Below are positions 47,996-57,802 of a stretch of 64,000 bases of DNA, piece after piece (the stretch's first letter is position 1; each line of letters begins with the position of its first letter). Both the position numbers and the translations under genes were made by a program. A model generated the notes under the pieces. It was given only the letters and a program-made list of their open reading frames with translations. It ran no database searches and was not told the DNA's origin. This stretch comes from an uncultured Candidatus Saccharibacteria bacterium (lineage in GTDB: Bacteria > Patescibacteriota > Minisyncoccia > Sungbacterales > HO2-52-23). The stretch is taken from contig CAYPPK010000001.1 in NCBI GenBank assembly GCA_964412615.1, positions 54,983 to 118,982 of the forward strand, written 5' to 3'.

Positions 47996-49618
47996 ATGGC
48001 AAAGCCCTCTGCGGAATATTGGGAATCTCGAGGAATTCCAAAAGAACTGTGTGAAGCCTATAAAGTTTTCTATGATGCCTGCAGGGTAATAAAAGTAGGC
48101 GGGGTTGATTGGCGTATCTTCCCTGGCGTGCCGGCAACTGACTCAATGGATGAAGGTCTCAAGAGACTGGATGAATTTGGCTTAGCCATTAGACTGGGGT
48201 TTTATTCAATTCTTTTGGGTCCAAATGAGGAAGCGACAAAATTTTTGGATAGTATGCAATGGGATGAGAGAAGAGTTGTTCTTTACAGGGTAGGTATGGA
48301 ATTTGCTAGGTCAAACATGGACGGAGGATTGAAATCTCCTGTTATACTTAGACATGCCGGCCAATTGCTCGGGGATAGTCCTTTATTAAATGAGGTTAGA
48401 GACCTGATACGTCAAGCGGCCCTGAGACCTATTACCGTTGTCCTAGAAGGAGATACTGGCACAGGCAAAGAACTGGTTGCCCGTCTTCTGCATAACGACA
48501 GCGATAGGAGAGAGCAACCATTTGTACCCATAAACTGCGCGGCGGTCCCCGAAACTCTTATGGAAAGCACGCTCTTCGGTCACGAAAGGGGTGCTTTTAC
48601 CGGCGCCGTAAATCGGCATCACGGTGTTTTTGAACAAGCAAATCACGGGACTCTCTTTCTAGATGAGATTACCGAACTTCAGTTGCACCTCCAGGCTAAG
48701 CTCCTGCGGGTTCTGCAGGAAGGAAAAATCAGAAGAGTTGGGGGGAAAGAAGATCTTGTAGTTGACGTGCGAGTGGTCGCGGCTACCAATAAAGGCCTTC
48801 TTAAAGCGCTTGCCGAAAGGACTCTCCGCCAGGATCTTTTCTATCGGCTGGACGTGGTGAGAATCCACATGCCTTCGCTAAGGGACCGTCCAGAGGACAT
48901 TGTCCTCTTGGCTCAGCATTTTTTGCTAAAAACATGCGCCTCCTGGGGAATTAATCCTCTTCCGGGGTTTTCTCCCGAGGCAATAGCTGCAATGCGTCTG
49001 CATTCCTGGCCGGGCAATGTCCGGGAGCTGGAAGCATGCGTTACTCGGGCACTGGTTAAGCATACGGGCGGCGTGATCGCCGAGAAGGATTTGGGAATCA
49101 ACGGCAAAAATACGGGAATTGAATCAGAACCGGATGAAGCGGAAGTGCTAAAGACATATTATGAGGTTCAGAGGGGACATGTTCTGCGGGTGCTAGAAGC
49201 CTGCAACTGGAACAGAACACATGCGGCTAAGATCTTGGGGGTTACCGTGAGGACTATAAGAAACAATCTGCGCAGAGAGAAAGAAGAAAGGATGCGCCGT
49301 GGTCAAAAAGGACTTGTGATTCCAGCCGGAGGCGATGGTCGCTCAATATCGGGGGTTCCAAGACCAGGGTTTGAAAAAGAGATTAAGAAAGGCGTAAGCA
49401 AACTTTTGGGTGATAAAGATTTTGGACCGGTTCATAAGCAAGATTGGCCTCCAAGAGGAGATAAAGGTTCCGATGTTACTAGAATTAGACTATTGCTTGT
49501 CGCACGAGCTCTCCGCCAAACAGACTTCCAAAAACGAAAAGCAGCCGAGTTACTAGGTATTTCGGAAGGCACTCTCGCTGCTTGGGCGAGCATGATTCGA
49601 AGGGTATACAGCCGATAA
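47996..49618 (+). CDS. sigma-54-dependent transcriptional activator (bacterial enhancer-binding protein), Fis-type HTH plus extra C-terminal HTH
   Basis: AAA+ domain with Walker A GDTGTGKE, GAFTGA loop, Walker B LFLDEI, R-finger; HTH LEACNWNRTHAAKILGVTVRTIRN; second HTH-like AAELLGISEGTLAAW; start ATG 47996 preceded by AAGGAG. Confidence 0.75.
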   Translation: MAKPSAEYWESRGIPKELCEAYKVFYDACRVIKVGGVDWRIFPGVPATDSMDEGLKRLDEFGLAIRLGFYSILLGPNEEATKFLDSMQWDERRVVLYRVGMEFARSNMDGGLKSPVILRHAGQLLGDSPLLNEVRDLIRQAALRPITVVLEGDTGTGKELVARLLHNDSDRREQPFVPINCAAVPETLMESTLFGHERGAFTGAVNRHHGVFEQANHGTLFLDEITELQLHLQAKLLRVLQEGKIRRVGGKEDLVVDVRVVAATNKGLLKALAERTLRQDLFYRLDVVRIHMPSLRDRPEDIVLLAQHFLLKTCASWGINPLPGFSPEAIAAMRLHSWPGNVRELEACVTRALVKHTGGVIAEKDLGINGKNTGIESEPDEAEVLKTYYEVQRGHVLRVLEACNWNRTHAAKILGVTVRTIRNNLRREKEERMRRGQKGLVIPAGGDGRSISGVPRPGFEKEIKKGVSKLLGDKDFGPVHKQDWPPRGDKGSDVTRIRLLLVARALRQTDFQKRKAAELLGISEGTLAAWASMIRRVYSR

Positions 49619-49627
49619 TTCATCCTT

Positions 49628-49656
49628 GCCAGAGGGAGAACCCTCTGGCCTTTTTT
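49628..49656 (+). terminator. rho-independent terminator (GCCAGAGGG-AGAA-CCCTCTGGC + TTTTTT)
   Basis: Perfect 9-bp stem, T6; adjacent second hairpin AAGAACCC-GGAA-GGGTTCTT (49659..49678) probably terminates convergent guaA. Confidence 0.7.
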
Positions 49657-49686
49657 AAAAAAATTTAAAAGAACCCGGAAGGGTTC

Positions 49687-51291
49687 TTAATGTTGTTCGG
49701 TCGTGGCAAGTGGTTTTGGCGATATGTCAATCCAGATGCCAACAATGCGAGTACCATCCGCCATTTGAACTTCATGTGCAAGACGCCAGTAGATCTCACG
49801 AGCTACTTCCGGGGTCGGGAAGAATGGGTTTACGGTAGCATATGTTTCTCTCCCGGAAGTAACTAATCTTACCCCCAATTGAAAACCGTCTATGCGCATA
49901 TCACCAAATAGACCGCGTCGCCACAAAGGCATAAAACAAACATAGTATTGCTGCGGTCGTTCCCGCGGATCCGGATAGTATTTTATTATAATTTCTCCAA
50001 GAATCCGGTTGGCCTTATTTACTACATTGGCGACTCCTCTAGTCATGGGGCCGTAAGCTCGGATAGCGCTTCCTGGGCCAGGAGAAGGTTGGCGATACAC
50101 CTCTTCCTTAGTAAAGCGAAGGGGAATGGCAATCAGACGAATCTCAGTCTTATACAAGCCGGCCAAGGGCTCAACTGTATCAAATCCTATTTCTTCCGGC
50201 AGTCCTCCTACGTTATGGTGATCCACCAGTTTAGTTTGGCTGCTAATGATATCAGAGTAGTTGGTCCCCATAACCAGTTTAAATTTTCTACCCAGTTTCC
50301 TCGCCTCTTTCTCAAAGACCCTGATGAATTTCCAGCCGATTACTTTTCGGAGCTTGTCGTAATAATGCCTGTCATCCCAGGAAAACGGAACGGCTTCTAC
50401 GGCTTGGTAAAATTCTTCTGCGGCATCAACAAAAAGCATGTTTTGTCTATCACGGAATCTTTCTTGCAGTGCTTCAAATTCTCCTTCTACCAAAAAACCA
50501 TTATTCACCACGACGGCAACTACTCTTGGAGCGCTGAGGGCTCTGACTGCTAACTCATAGGCAACAGAAGAATCTACTCCGCCGGAAAGTCCCACCAATA
50601 GGTCATCGTTTCCCGCCGCTTCTTTTATAAAGGCGCAGGCCTTTTCCACAAACAATAGGGGATTAAAGAAGTAATCCTGTCTGCAGCCGGCAGTATCAAA
50701 GAGTATATTTTTTAGGAATTTATCTCCGTTCATCGCATCTCCCATTTCCGGATGCCATTGCGTGCATATGATTGCGCGGTCCTCTCGGCCAAAGAGGGCA
50801 TGATGACAACTTTCGGTGCTTCCAAAGTTTTTCCATCCCGGTGGAAGAATTGATACTTCATCTCCATGGTTCATCACCACCTGGCCGCCGAAGTATTCAG
50901 CAAAATCACTTGTAATTGTAAGTTCAGTAGGTCCTGATTCTGTTTGTGCCGCTCTTTTTACGGCTCCACCAAAGAGATCAGCCAGCAGCTGGGCACCGTA
51001 ACAAATTCCCAGAAATTTTACTCCGCGCGTGAGCAGCTGTTCAACAATCTCTTTTGGAATTCTTAAGGCATTATGTTGATAAATACTGTCTGGGCCGCCT
51101 GATAAAATTACTATCCGAAGATTGCTTGCCCTGAGGGCTTCTTTGCAGAATTCCTCAACCGTATAAATCCTTGCGCACATTCCTACCTCTCGGCAGGCCT
51201 CTGCAATTAACGGCATAGATTTTGAACGGCAATCTACAATTGCAATATCTGCATCTTGCTTGATTCCCCAGGGGAATCTATGGGCCTTCAT
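49687..51291 (-). CDS. guaA: GMP synthase (glutamine-hydrolysing)
   Basis: Class I GATase domain (GICYGAQL, H/E) + ATP-PPase SGGVDSS P-loop + GMP synthase C-terminal dimerisation domain; start at ATG 51291 (AAAGGAG RBS), the longer ORF-track extension would contain the upstream hairpin. Confidence 0.85.
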   Translation of the reverse strand: MKAHRFPWGIKQDADIAIVDCRSKSMPLIAEACREVGMCARIYTVEEFCKEALRASNLRIVILSGGPDSIYQHNALRIPKEIVEQLLTRGVKFLGICYGAQLLADLFGGAVKRAAQTESGPTELTITSDFAEYFGGQVVMNHGDEVSILPPGWKNFGSTESCHHALFGREDRAIICTQWHPEMGDAMNGDKFLKNILFDTAGCRQDYFFNPLLFVEKACAFIKEAAGNDDLLVGLSGGVDSSVAYELAVRALSAPRVVAVVVNNGFLVEGEFEALQERFRDRQNMLFVDAAEEFYQAVEAVPFSWDDRHYYDKLRKVIGWKFIRVFEKEARKLGRKFKLVMGTNYSDIISSQTKLVDHHNVGGLPEEIGFDTVEPLAGLYKTEIRLIAIPLRFTKEEVYRQPSPGPGSAIRAYGPMTRGVANVVNKANRILGEIIIKYYPDPRERPQQYYVCFMPLWRRGLFGDMRIDGFQLGVRLVTSGRETYATVNPFFPTPEVAREIYWRLAHEVQMADGTRIVGIWIDISPKPLATTEQH

Positions 51292-51362
51292 CGCATGCTC
51301 CTTTAAAGGGTCTACTTTTTTCTTACTATAATTTTTTTCCAATGGCAATTTTTTAAATCTTG

Positions 51363-51383
51363 CCAGAGGGGTCGCCCTCTGGT
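51363..51383. repeat. GCCAGAGGG-GTCG-CCCTCTGG hairpin, second copy of the stem found at 49628
   Basis: Same 8-9 bp stem sequence as terminator at 49628; lies 15 nt upstream of secD start in the guaA/secD divergent region. Confidence 0.6.
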
Positions 51384-51397
51384 ATTTTGATTGGGTC

Positions 51398-52777
51398 ATG
51401 GCAAATGCCAAAAAAGGCAAAAAAGGATTAAAGCCCGGATTGGCGCGTATTTTTGGCGTTGTCTTTTTACTGCTGGGATTGGGTCTGGGTATTTTTGACT
51501 TTGCCGATTATTTTGGGAAAATGACCGGTTATAATTTGCCGCCACCGTTTAATTTTCCCTATCGTTTGGGATTAGATATCCAAGGCGGGACGCATTTGGT
51601 ATATAAGGCCGAGGTGGAAAATATCCCGGCCGGGGAGCGAGCTGAATCCATGGAGTCGGTGCGCAATGTTATTGAACGCCGGGTAAATCTTTTCGGAGTG
51701 GCCGAACCAGTGGTGCAAGTTGAGCGCGCTGGAGAGGAACAGCGGTTGATTGTAGAGCTTGCCGGCATCAAAGACGTAAATGCCGCAATTCAGTTAATAG
51801 GAGAAACCCCGTTTCTGGAATTCAGAGAAGAACGGGGGATTGAAGAGGTGGAAGCAATCTTAAAAACACAAAACGAAGGGGAACTTACGCCGGAAGCAAA
51901 TGTTTTATTTAAACCGACTGCGCTTACCGGCAGATTTGTAAAAAAAGCAACTCTGGAATTTGATTCTACTTCCAACCAACCATATATCGGCCTGGAGCTG
52001 ACTTCTGAAGGAGCGGGAATTTTTGCGGAACTAACGGCGCGTAACATTGAAAAACGCTTGGCTATTTTTCTTGACGGAACTCCTATTTCCGCTCCCATAG
52101 TGCGGGAAGAAATCAAAGACGGGAAAGCGCAAATCTCCGGCGGCTTTACGCCGCAGGAAGCAAAAGAATTAGTGCAGCGCCTTAATGCCGGCGCCTTGCC
52201 GGTTCCCATTTCCTTAATCGTCCAGCAGACCGTGGGTCCTGCTTTGGGGCAGGAATCCTTGCAAAGAAGCATACAAGCGGGAGTTTATGGATTCCTGGCG
52301 GTGGCACTTTTTATGATTTTTTGGTATCGCCTGCCGGGGATTCTCGCAGTGTTTGCTCTTCTTTTTTACGCAGCTATTGTTTTGGCCGTATTTAAGTTGA
52401 TTCCGGTAACACTGACCATAGCCGGCATTGCCGGATTTATTCTTTCAGTGGGTATGGCCGTAGACGCCAATGTGCTTATCTTTGAACGGTTAAAAGAAGA
52501 ATTAAAAAAAGGAAAAGCACTGGAGGAAGCGGTAAAAGAAGGATTTGGTCGCGCCTGGACTTCTATTCGCGATTCCAATGTTTCCAGTTTAATAACTTCG
52601 GCCATTCTTTATTGGATGGGCACCGGCGTGGTGCAAGGATTTGCTTTGACCCTTTCTATTGGAATTCTGGTTTCCATGTTTTCCGCCATTTGGGTCACCA
52701 GAACTCTTTTGCTCGCGGTTATGACTAGAAAATTACAAAACTGGAAAGTTCTGTTCCTGAGCGGAGTTACTAGATAA
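51398..52777 (+). CDS. secD: protein-export membrane protein SecD
   Basis: 459 aa; N-terminal TM, large periplasmic domain, C-terminal 5-TM bundle with SecD signature region. Confidence 0.85.
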   Translation: MANAKKGKKGLKPGLARIFGVVFLLLGLGLGIFDFADYFGKMTGYNLPPPFNFPYRLGLDIQGGTHLVYKAEVENIPAGERAESMESVRNVIERRVNLFGVAEPVVQVERAGEEQRLIVELAGIKDVNAAIQLIGETPFLEFREERGIEEVEAILKTQNEGELTPEANVLFKPTALTGRFVKKATLEFDSTSNQPYIGLELTSEGAGIFAELTARNIEKRLAIFLDGTPISAPIVREEIKDGKAQISGGFTPQEAKELVQRLNAGALPVPISLIVQQTVGPALGQESLQRSIQAGVYGFLAVALFMIFWYRLPGILAVFALLFYAAIVLAVFKLIPVTLTIAGIAGFILSVGMAVDANVLIFERLKEELKKGKALEEAVKEGFGRAWTSIRDSNVSSLITSAILYWMGTGVVQGFALTLSIGILVSMFSAIWVTRTLLLAVMTRKLQNWKVLFLSGVTR

Positions 52778-52784
52778 ATCTAAT

Positions 52785-53702
52785 ATGAATATCATCAGTA
52801 AAAAATATATCTTTCTTTCCATCTCCGGTTTTTTGGTATTGGCAAGCATCGTTGCCGTTTCCGTCTGGGGCCTCAATTTTGGTCTTGATTTTACCGGGGG
52901 ATCTTTGCTGGAAATCAGATTTTTGCAGGATCGTCCTTCCGGCGCCGCTGTGCGAGAAAACTTGGCTTCCATAATAGACGGCGTGCAAATTCAGCCTAGT
53001 GGGGAAAAAGAAATGATTTTGCGTTTCCGGCATGCCAGCGAAGACGAACATCAAGCTATTTTAAATAAGTTGAAGGCTTTTGGCGAAGCGGAAGAATTGC
53101 GGTTTGATACCATTGGTCCAACTATCGGCGCCGAGCTTAGGCAAAAAGCAATTCTGGCGTTAGCTTTGGCGATTGCGGCAATAATTTTGTATATTGCCTG
53201 GGCTTTCCGCAAGGTCTCTAACCCGGTGTCTTCCTGGAAATACGGAGTGGTGGCAATTATCGCTTTGATCCACGATGTTGTTATACCCACCGGTATTTTT
53301 GCTTTTCTGGGAGAATGGAAAGGAGTTGAAGTGGATACTCTTTTTATCACCGCTCTCTTGACAATTCTGGGCTTTTCCGTACACGATACCATAGTAGTAT
53401 TTGACCGAATCAGAGAAAATCTGCGTAATCAAAAAGCCTTGGCAGGATCAGAAATGCGGCCGGAAGTATTTGCCTTAATAGTAAATGCCAGCATAAAAGA
53501 GACTGTTGCTCGTTCTCTTAATACGTCTTTAACGGTGCTGTTAGTTTTGTCTGCTGTCTTTATACTGGGAGGGGAAACTACTAAATATTTCTCTTTAGCC
53601 TTGATGCTGGGAATCATTTTTGGAACCTATTCTTCCATTTTTGTCGCCAGCCCTTTGCTGGTGGTGTGGAATAACTGGACCCAGCGGCAAAGAAGGGTCT
53701 AA
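52785..53702 (+). CDS. secF: protein-export membrane protein SecF
   Basis: 305 aa; SecF topology and conserved TM region; immediately downstream of secD. Confidence 0.85.
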   Translation: MNIISKKYIFLSISGFLVLASIVAVSVWGLNFGLDFTGGSLLEIRFLQDRPSGAAVRENLASIIDGVQIQPSGEKEMILRFRHASEDEHQAILNKLKAFGEAEELRFDTIGPTIGAELRQKAILALALAIAAIILYIAWAFRKVSNPVSSWKYGVVAIIALIHDVVIPTGIFAFLGEWKGVEVDTLFITALLTILGFSVHDTIVVFDRIRENLRNQKALAGSEMRPEVFALIVNASIKETVARSLNTSLTVLLVLSAVFILGGETTKYFSLALMLGIIFGTYSSIFVASPLLVVWNNWTQRQRRV

Positions 53703-53764
53703 ATTTGGCGCGGGGTAGACAAAAAAGAAGTAATGTGATATTCTTGCTTTGCTAATATCAATAC

Positions 53765-54805
53765 ATGACTCAACTCATGTTACCCATAAGACCGGAGGAG
53801 GCGACCCGAACGCTACTAAAAAAGCTGCCTACTAAGCGTATGCGCGACGTGGTGGAAAAACGCTTTGGTCTGCGGGGAGGGAAAAAGAAAACTTTAGAAG
53901 CAATCGGCCGGGAATACAAAATTACCAGGGAGCGAGTGCGCCAAATTGAAGCCGATGCTTTAAAACATTTGGCTAAACCTGAAAACTATCAGGAAATAGA
54001 GCCGACTTTGGCTGCTCTGGAAAATCATTTTCAAAATTGGGGAGGAGTCATTGCCGAACATCATTTCATTGCTATGGTTGAAAATTCTCGGCAAGTTCCG
54101 CATCTGGTTTTACTTTTAAAAATAGGGAAAGCATTTTCCGAGCTGCCTGAAAACAATCATTTGCATCGTCGCTGGGCGACGGATAAAAATGCGGCTTTGG
54201 CAGCGGAAAAAATAGTAGAAAAAGCTAAAACTCATTTAATGGAATGCGGCCAGCCTTTGCCTCGGCCCGAGCTGCAAGGGGTGGTGGCAAAATTCGCCAC
54301 TGAAATTTTTGGAAAGGAATTAACGCCCAATATCCACGAAGCGCAGCTTGGAATATCTCGGGACATCCGCAAAAATCCTTACGGCGAATACGGTTTGACC
54401 AGCTGGCCAACCATAAACCCCCGAGGGGTGAAGGACAAAGCTTACTTGGTACTTTCTAAAACCAAAAAGCCCATGCACTTCCGGGAAGTCGCTGATGCCA
54501 TTAATCATCTGGGCTGGAACAAACGCAAAGCTCATCCGCAAACCGTGCACAACGAACTGATTAAAGACAACCGTTTTGTTTTGGTGGGAAGAGGGCTCTA
54601 TGCTTTGCAAGAATGGGGTTATGAACCGGGAACCGTGCGAGAAATCCTGGTATCGATATTTAAACAAGCCGGCAAACCATTAAGCAAAGACGAAGTTATA
54701 AAAAAGGTATTGGAAAAGAGGTTTGTCAAACCACCCACTATTTTGCTCAATCTGCAAGATAAATCTTTATTTAAGCGGGCTGACGACGAATACACCTTGG
54801 CCTAG
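53765..54805 (+). CDS. hypothetical protein with N-terminal sigma-70 region-4-like HTH
   Basis: EAIGREYKITRERVRQIEADALKHL resembles sigma-70 r4 HTH; remainder unassigned. Confidence 0.4.
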   Translation: MTQLMLPIRPEEATRTLLKKLPTKRMRDVVEKRFGLRGGKKKTLEAIGREYKITRERVRQIEADALKHLAKPENYQEIEPTLAALENHFQNWGGVIAEHHFIAMVENSRQVPHLVLLLKIGKAFSELPENNHLHRRWATDKNAALAAEKIVEKAKTHLMECGQPLPRPELQGVVAKFATEIFGKELTPNIHEAQLGISRDIRKNPYGEYGLTSWPTINPRGVKDKAYLVLSKTKKPMHFREVADAINHLGWNKRKAHPQTVHNELIKDNRFVLVGRGLYALQEWGYEPGTVREILVSIFKQAGKPLSKDEVIKKVLEKRFVKPPTILLNLQDKSLFKRADDEYTLA

Positions 54806-54855
54806 AGTCCTGGGCTATTTAACAAAAACCTGGTATAATTATACCAGGTTTTTGT

Positions 54856-56169
54856 TTGGCCATGCTTGACCTATTGCAAATAATTTTTGCGGTCCAAACC
54901 TGGATCTTTTCGCTCTGGTGGCTTTGGCTTTTTCTTGTTTTGGTTTATTTGGCATTTTCTATCTGGATGGCCTACGTGCAGGATTATTTTAAAAAATCCA
55001 TTAAGTGGGTGATGCTGGAAATGCGCGTTCCTCGCGAACTCCGCAAAAGCCCCCGGGCCATGGAGCAGATTTTTATGTCCATGCACGCCATGAGAAATTC
55101 TCCCGGCCAAGTGAAAGATAAGTATTGGGAAGGAGAGACCTCCATGTGGTTTTGCTGCGAAGTGGTTAGTTTTGGCGGAGAGATCCATTTTTATTTGCGG
55201 GTTCCGGAAAAAAATAAAAACATGGTGCAGTCGGCTTTTTACGCCCATTATCCGGACATTGAAATTACCGAAGTAGGTGAAGATTACATCCATCGTTTTC
55301 CCGAAAAAGTAGAAGAGGTGGAAGCGCTTGGTTATAATTTTTTTGGCAACGAGTTGATCTTGGCTAAACAAGACGCTTATCCTATCCGCACTTTTTACGA
55401 TTTTGAAGCAAATGAGGAAGAGCAGCAGCTGGATCCGGTGGCAACCCTGCTGGAAAACTTAAACAAACTTACGCCGCAGGAAAATATTATGGTGCAGATT
55501 TTAATTCGCCCTACCGATGATTCTTGGAAAAAGGAGTCGGAAAAATTAGTACAGGTATTAAAAGAGAAAGTTAGGACCGAATTTTCTACGGCCAGCGGCA
55601 AAATTGCTTTTACCGAGCGGACGCCGGGGGAAATGGAAACCATGAAGGCAATTGAGCGCAATATCAGCAAGCCCGGCTTTGATACGGTTATTCGCTATCT
55701 TTATATTGCTAAGAAAGAAGTATACAGCATGCATTTTGCCAGGCGGGGAGTTTTTTCCTCTTTTAATCAGTATGCTTCCGAAGCCTTAAATAAATTCAAG
55801 CACAATGTAAAAGCTTGGACCACTTCCAGCATGTGGGACCCTCCTTATGTTTTCCCCAAACACAGGGTCAAAGATAGAAAAGACCGTATTTATGCTAATT
55901 ACCGCCAGCGCTGGATGCATGAGGACACTTTTACCGGCAAATTGCTGCAAATGAAATTTGCTGACTGGGGTTTTACCGGTCAGCGCAAAGAAGCAAGTTA
56001 TGTGCTTAATGTGGAGGAGCTAGCCACTATTTATCATCCGCCAACCAACATAGTTCTGACTGGGCCCCTTATTAAGCGAATAGAAGCCAAAAAAATTGGT
56101 CCTCCGGCTGGTTTGCCTATTTACGGGGAAGAAGGGGAAGAACCTAATCTGCCTGGAATTAAAAAATAG
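54856..56169 (+). CDS. membrane-anchored hypothetical protein (2 N-terminal TM helices), upstream partner of VirD4/TraG-like ATPase
   Basis: 437 aa; 5-bp gap to next gene (likely operon). Confidence 0.35.
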   Translation: MAMLDLLQIIFAVQTWIFSLWWLWLFLVLVYLAFSIWMAYVQDYFKKSIKWVMLEMRVPRELRKSPRAMEQIFMSMHAMRNSPGQVKDKYWEGETSMWFCCEVVSFGGEIHFYLRVPEKNKNMVQSAFYAHYPDIEITEVGEDYIHRFPEKVEEVEALGYNFFGNELILAKQDAYPIRTFYDFEANEEEQQLDPVATLLENLNKLTPQENIMVQILIRPTDDSWKKESEKLVQVLKEKVRTEFSTASGKIAFTERTPGEMETMKAIERNISKPGFDTVIRYLYIAKKEVYSMHFARRGVFSSFNQYASEALNKFKHNVKAWTTSSMWDPPYVFPKHRVKDRKDRIYANYRQRWMHEDTFTGKLLQMKFADWGFTGQRKEASYVLNVEELATIYHPPTNIVLTGPLIKRIEAKKIGPPAGLPIYGEEGEEPNLPGIKK

Positions 56170-56174
56170 ATAGC

Positions 56175-57629
56175 ATGTCTATGCCGAAAGAAGGCAGGAT
56201 ACATCTAAATAAATACGCTCCGCCGCCTCCCGAGTTGCCGGTCTACCAGCAAATAGATCCGCGGGAGGTTTCTTTTATCGGCCGCACCAATTACGAGGCG
56301 CCTCTGGAATCCAAGAAATATATTTTTGGCATCAGGCGCAAAGACCGCCGGCGCCATGTTTATATCGTGGGCAAGTCCGGAGTGGGCAAATCAAAACTTT
56401 TGGAACTTATGGCACGCCAGGATATTGCTTACGGCCATGGGGTTTGTTTGATTGACCCGCACGGAGACGTGATAGAAGAAGTTTTAAAATTTATTCCGGA
56501 AGAGCGCGTTGGAGACGTGATTTTGATTGATCCGGCCGACGCCGATTGGCCTATTTCTTTTAACCCCTTGCAAAAAGTGCCGCCTGATTTAAAGCATCAA
56601 ATGGCGCAGGGTTTGATTGAAGTCATGGAAAAACAATTCGGAGCCAACTGGACCCCGCGCCTGGAGCATGTTTTTCGCTTTACAACCTTGGCTTTATTGG
56701 ATTATCCCGAGGCGACTTTGCGGGGTATGATCTCCATGCTAACTGACCGACCGTATCGCCAAAAAGTCATTGAATACATTACCGATGACATGGTAAAGCG
56801 CTTTTTTGCGGTAGAATTCGCCGATTGGTCGGAGAAGTTTGATACTGACGCCATCATTCCTTTGGTAAATAAACTCGGCCAATTTCTTTCCATGCCCATG
56901 CTGCGCAATATTTTTGCCCAGAAAGAAAATAAAATTGACTTGGAGGAGATAATGAACAATAAAAAAATCCTTCTGATTAACCTTTCCAAGGGCAAACTGG
57001 GAGAGGAAAATTCCAGTTTCTTCGGTTCCATGTTTATTACCAAGATCAAACAGGCCGGCATGGCGCGGGCCGGCATGCCGGAGGAAAAACGAACGGACTT
57101 TTATCTATATGTAGACGAGTTCCATAATTTAGTAACCGATTCTTTTACCAATCTTTTTTCTGAAGCGCGCAAGTACGGGCTTAACCTTACCGTCGCTCAC
57201 CAATATACCGCTCAGCTTTTACCTGAAGTGCTGGCTACTGTTTTGGGTAATGTGGCCAATATTATTATTTTCCGGGTTGGGGGCGATGACGCGGCCAAAC
57301 TGGAATCCGAAATGACTCCGGTTTTCAAGGCCAAAGACATGATTAACTTAGGCACGCAGGAATTTTATATCAAAGAAACAATTGACGGAGAGACCTATGA
57401 TCCTTTTTCTGCCGAAACTCTTAAGATTCTTCCGGCTCCGCATCCTTCTTACAAAAGCAAAATTATAGAGGCTTCCCATCAAAAATACGCCATGCACGTG
57501 GAGGAAGTTAAAAAAATGCTCAAAGAGGAAGAAGAGGCGGTGATTTTCAGGAAAAATGGCAATACTTCTTCTGCCACTTCCGCCGACAATGCGAATGGCT
57601 ACGAGTCTCCACCCGAACCACTGATTTAA
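56175..57629 (+). CDS. VirD4/TraG/TraD-like P-loop ATPase (DUF87/TraG-D_C type, 'type IV secretion DNA-binding domain' family)
   Basis: Walker A GKSGVGKS, Walker B FYLYVDEFHN, AHQY motif; paralog of 60508..62505. Confidence 0.6.
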   Translation: MSMPKEGRIHLNKYAPPPPELPVYQQIDPREVSFIGRTNYEAPLESKKYIFGIRRKDRRRHVYIVGKSGVGKSKLLELMARQDIAYGHGVCLIDPHGDVIEEVLKFIPEERVGDVILIDPADADWPISFNPLQKVPPDLKHQMAQGLIEVMEKQFGANWTPRLEHVFRFTTLALLDYPEATLRGMISMLTDRPYRQKVIEYITDDMVKRFFAVEFADWSEKFDTDAIIPLVNKLGQFLSMPMLRNIFAQKENKIDLEEIMNNKKILLINLSKGKLGEENSSFFGSMFITKIKQAGMARAGMPEEKRTDFYLYVDEFHNLVTDSFTNLFSEARKYGLNLTVAHQYTAQLLPEVLATVLGNVANIIIFRVGGDDAAKLESEMTPVFKAKDMINLGTQEFYIKETIDGETYDPFSAETLKILPAPHPSYKSKIIEASHQKYAMHVEEVKKMLKEEEEAVIFRKNGNTSSATSADNANGYESPPEPLI

Positions 57630-57631
57630 TT

Positions 57632-57802
57632 ATGACTGCAAATCTCACGAAACGCATTTGGATTTTTTTATCCGCCTATGGTGTCTTTTTTGCGCTGCTT
57701 TCCTTTAGTCAGGAAATTTGGACCAAAGGTCTTTGGTGGAAAGGACTAGGCGCGTTAGCCCTTGGTTTTATTTTATACCGGGTTGTGATACATAAAGTGT
57801 AA
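57632..57802 (+). CDS. small hypothetical membrane protein (56 aa, below ORF-track cutoff)
   Basis: ATG 57632 to TAA 57800-57802, TAATG overlap with next gene; two hydrophobic segments. Confidence 0.25.
   Translation: MTANLTKRIWIFLSAYGVFFALLSFSQEIWTKGLWWKGLGALALGFILYRVVIHKV

Noticed and set aside
49659-49678. Second hairpin AAGAACCC-GGAA-GGGTTCTT as an independent regulatory element
   Set aside because: It is most simply the intrinsic terminator of the convergent guaA gene on the minus strand (short T-run on that strand). Together with the upstream hairpin it forms an ordinary bidirectional terminator pair.
51292-51420. Extended guaA N-terminus (ORF track start 51420)
   Set aside because: The extension would be translated through the GCCAGAGGG...CCCTCTGG hairpin and lacks an RBS. 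ATG 51291 has an AAAGGAG RBS and gives a normal GATase N-terminus.
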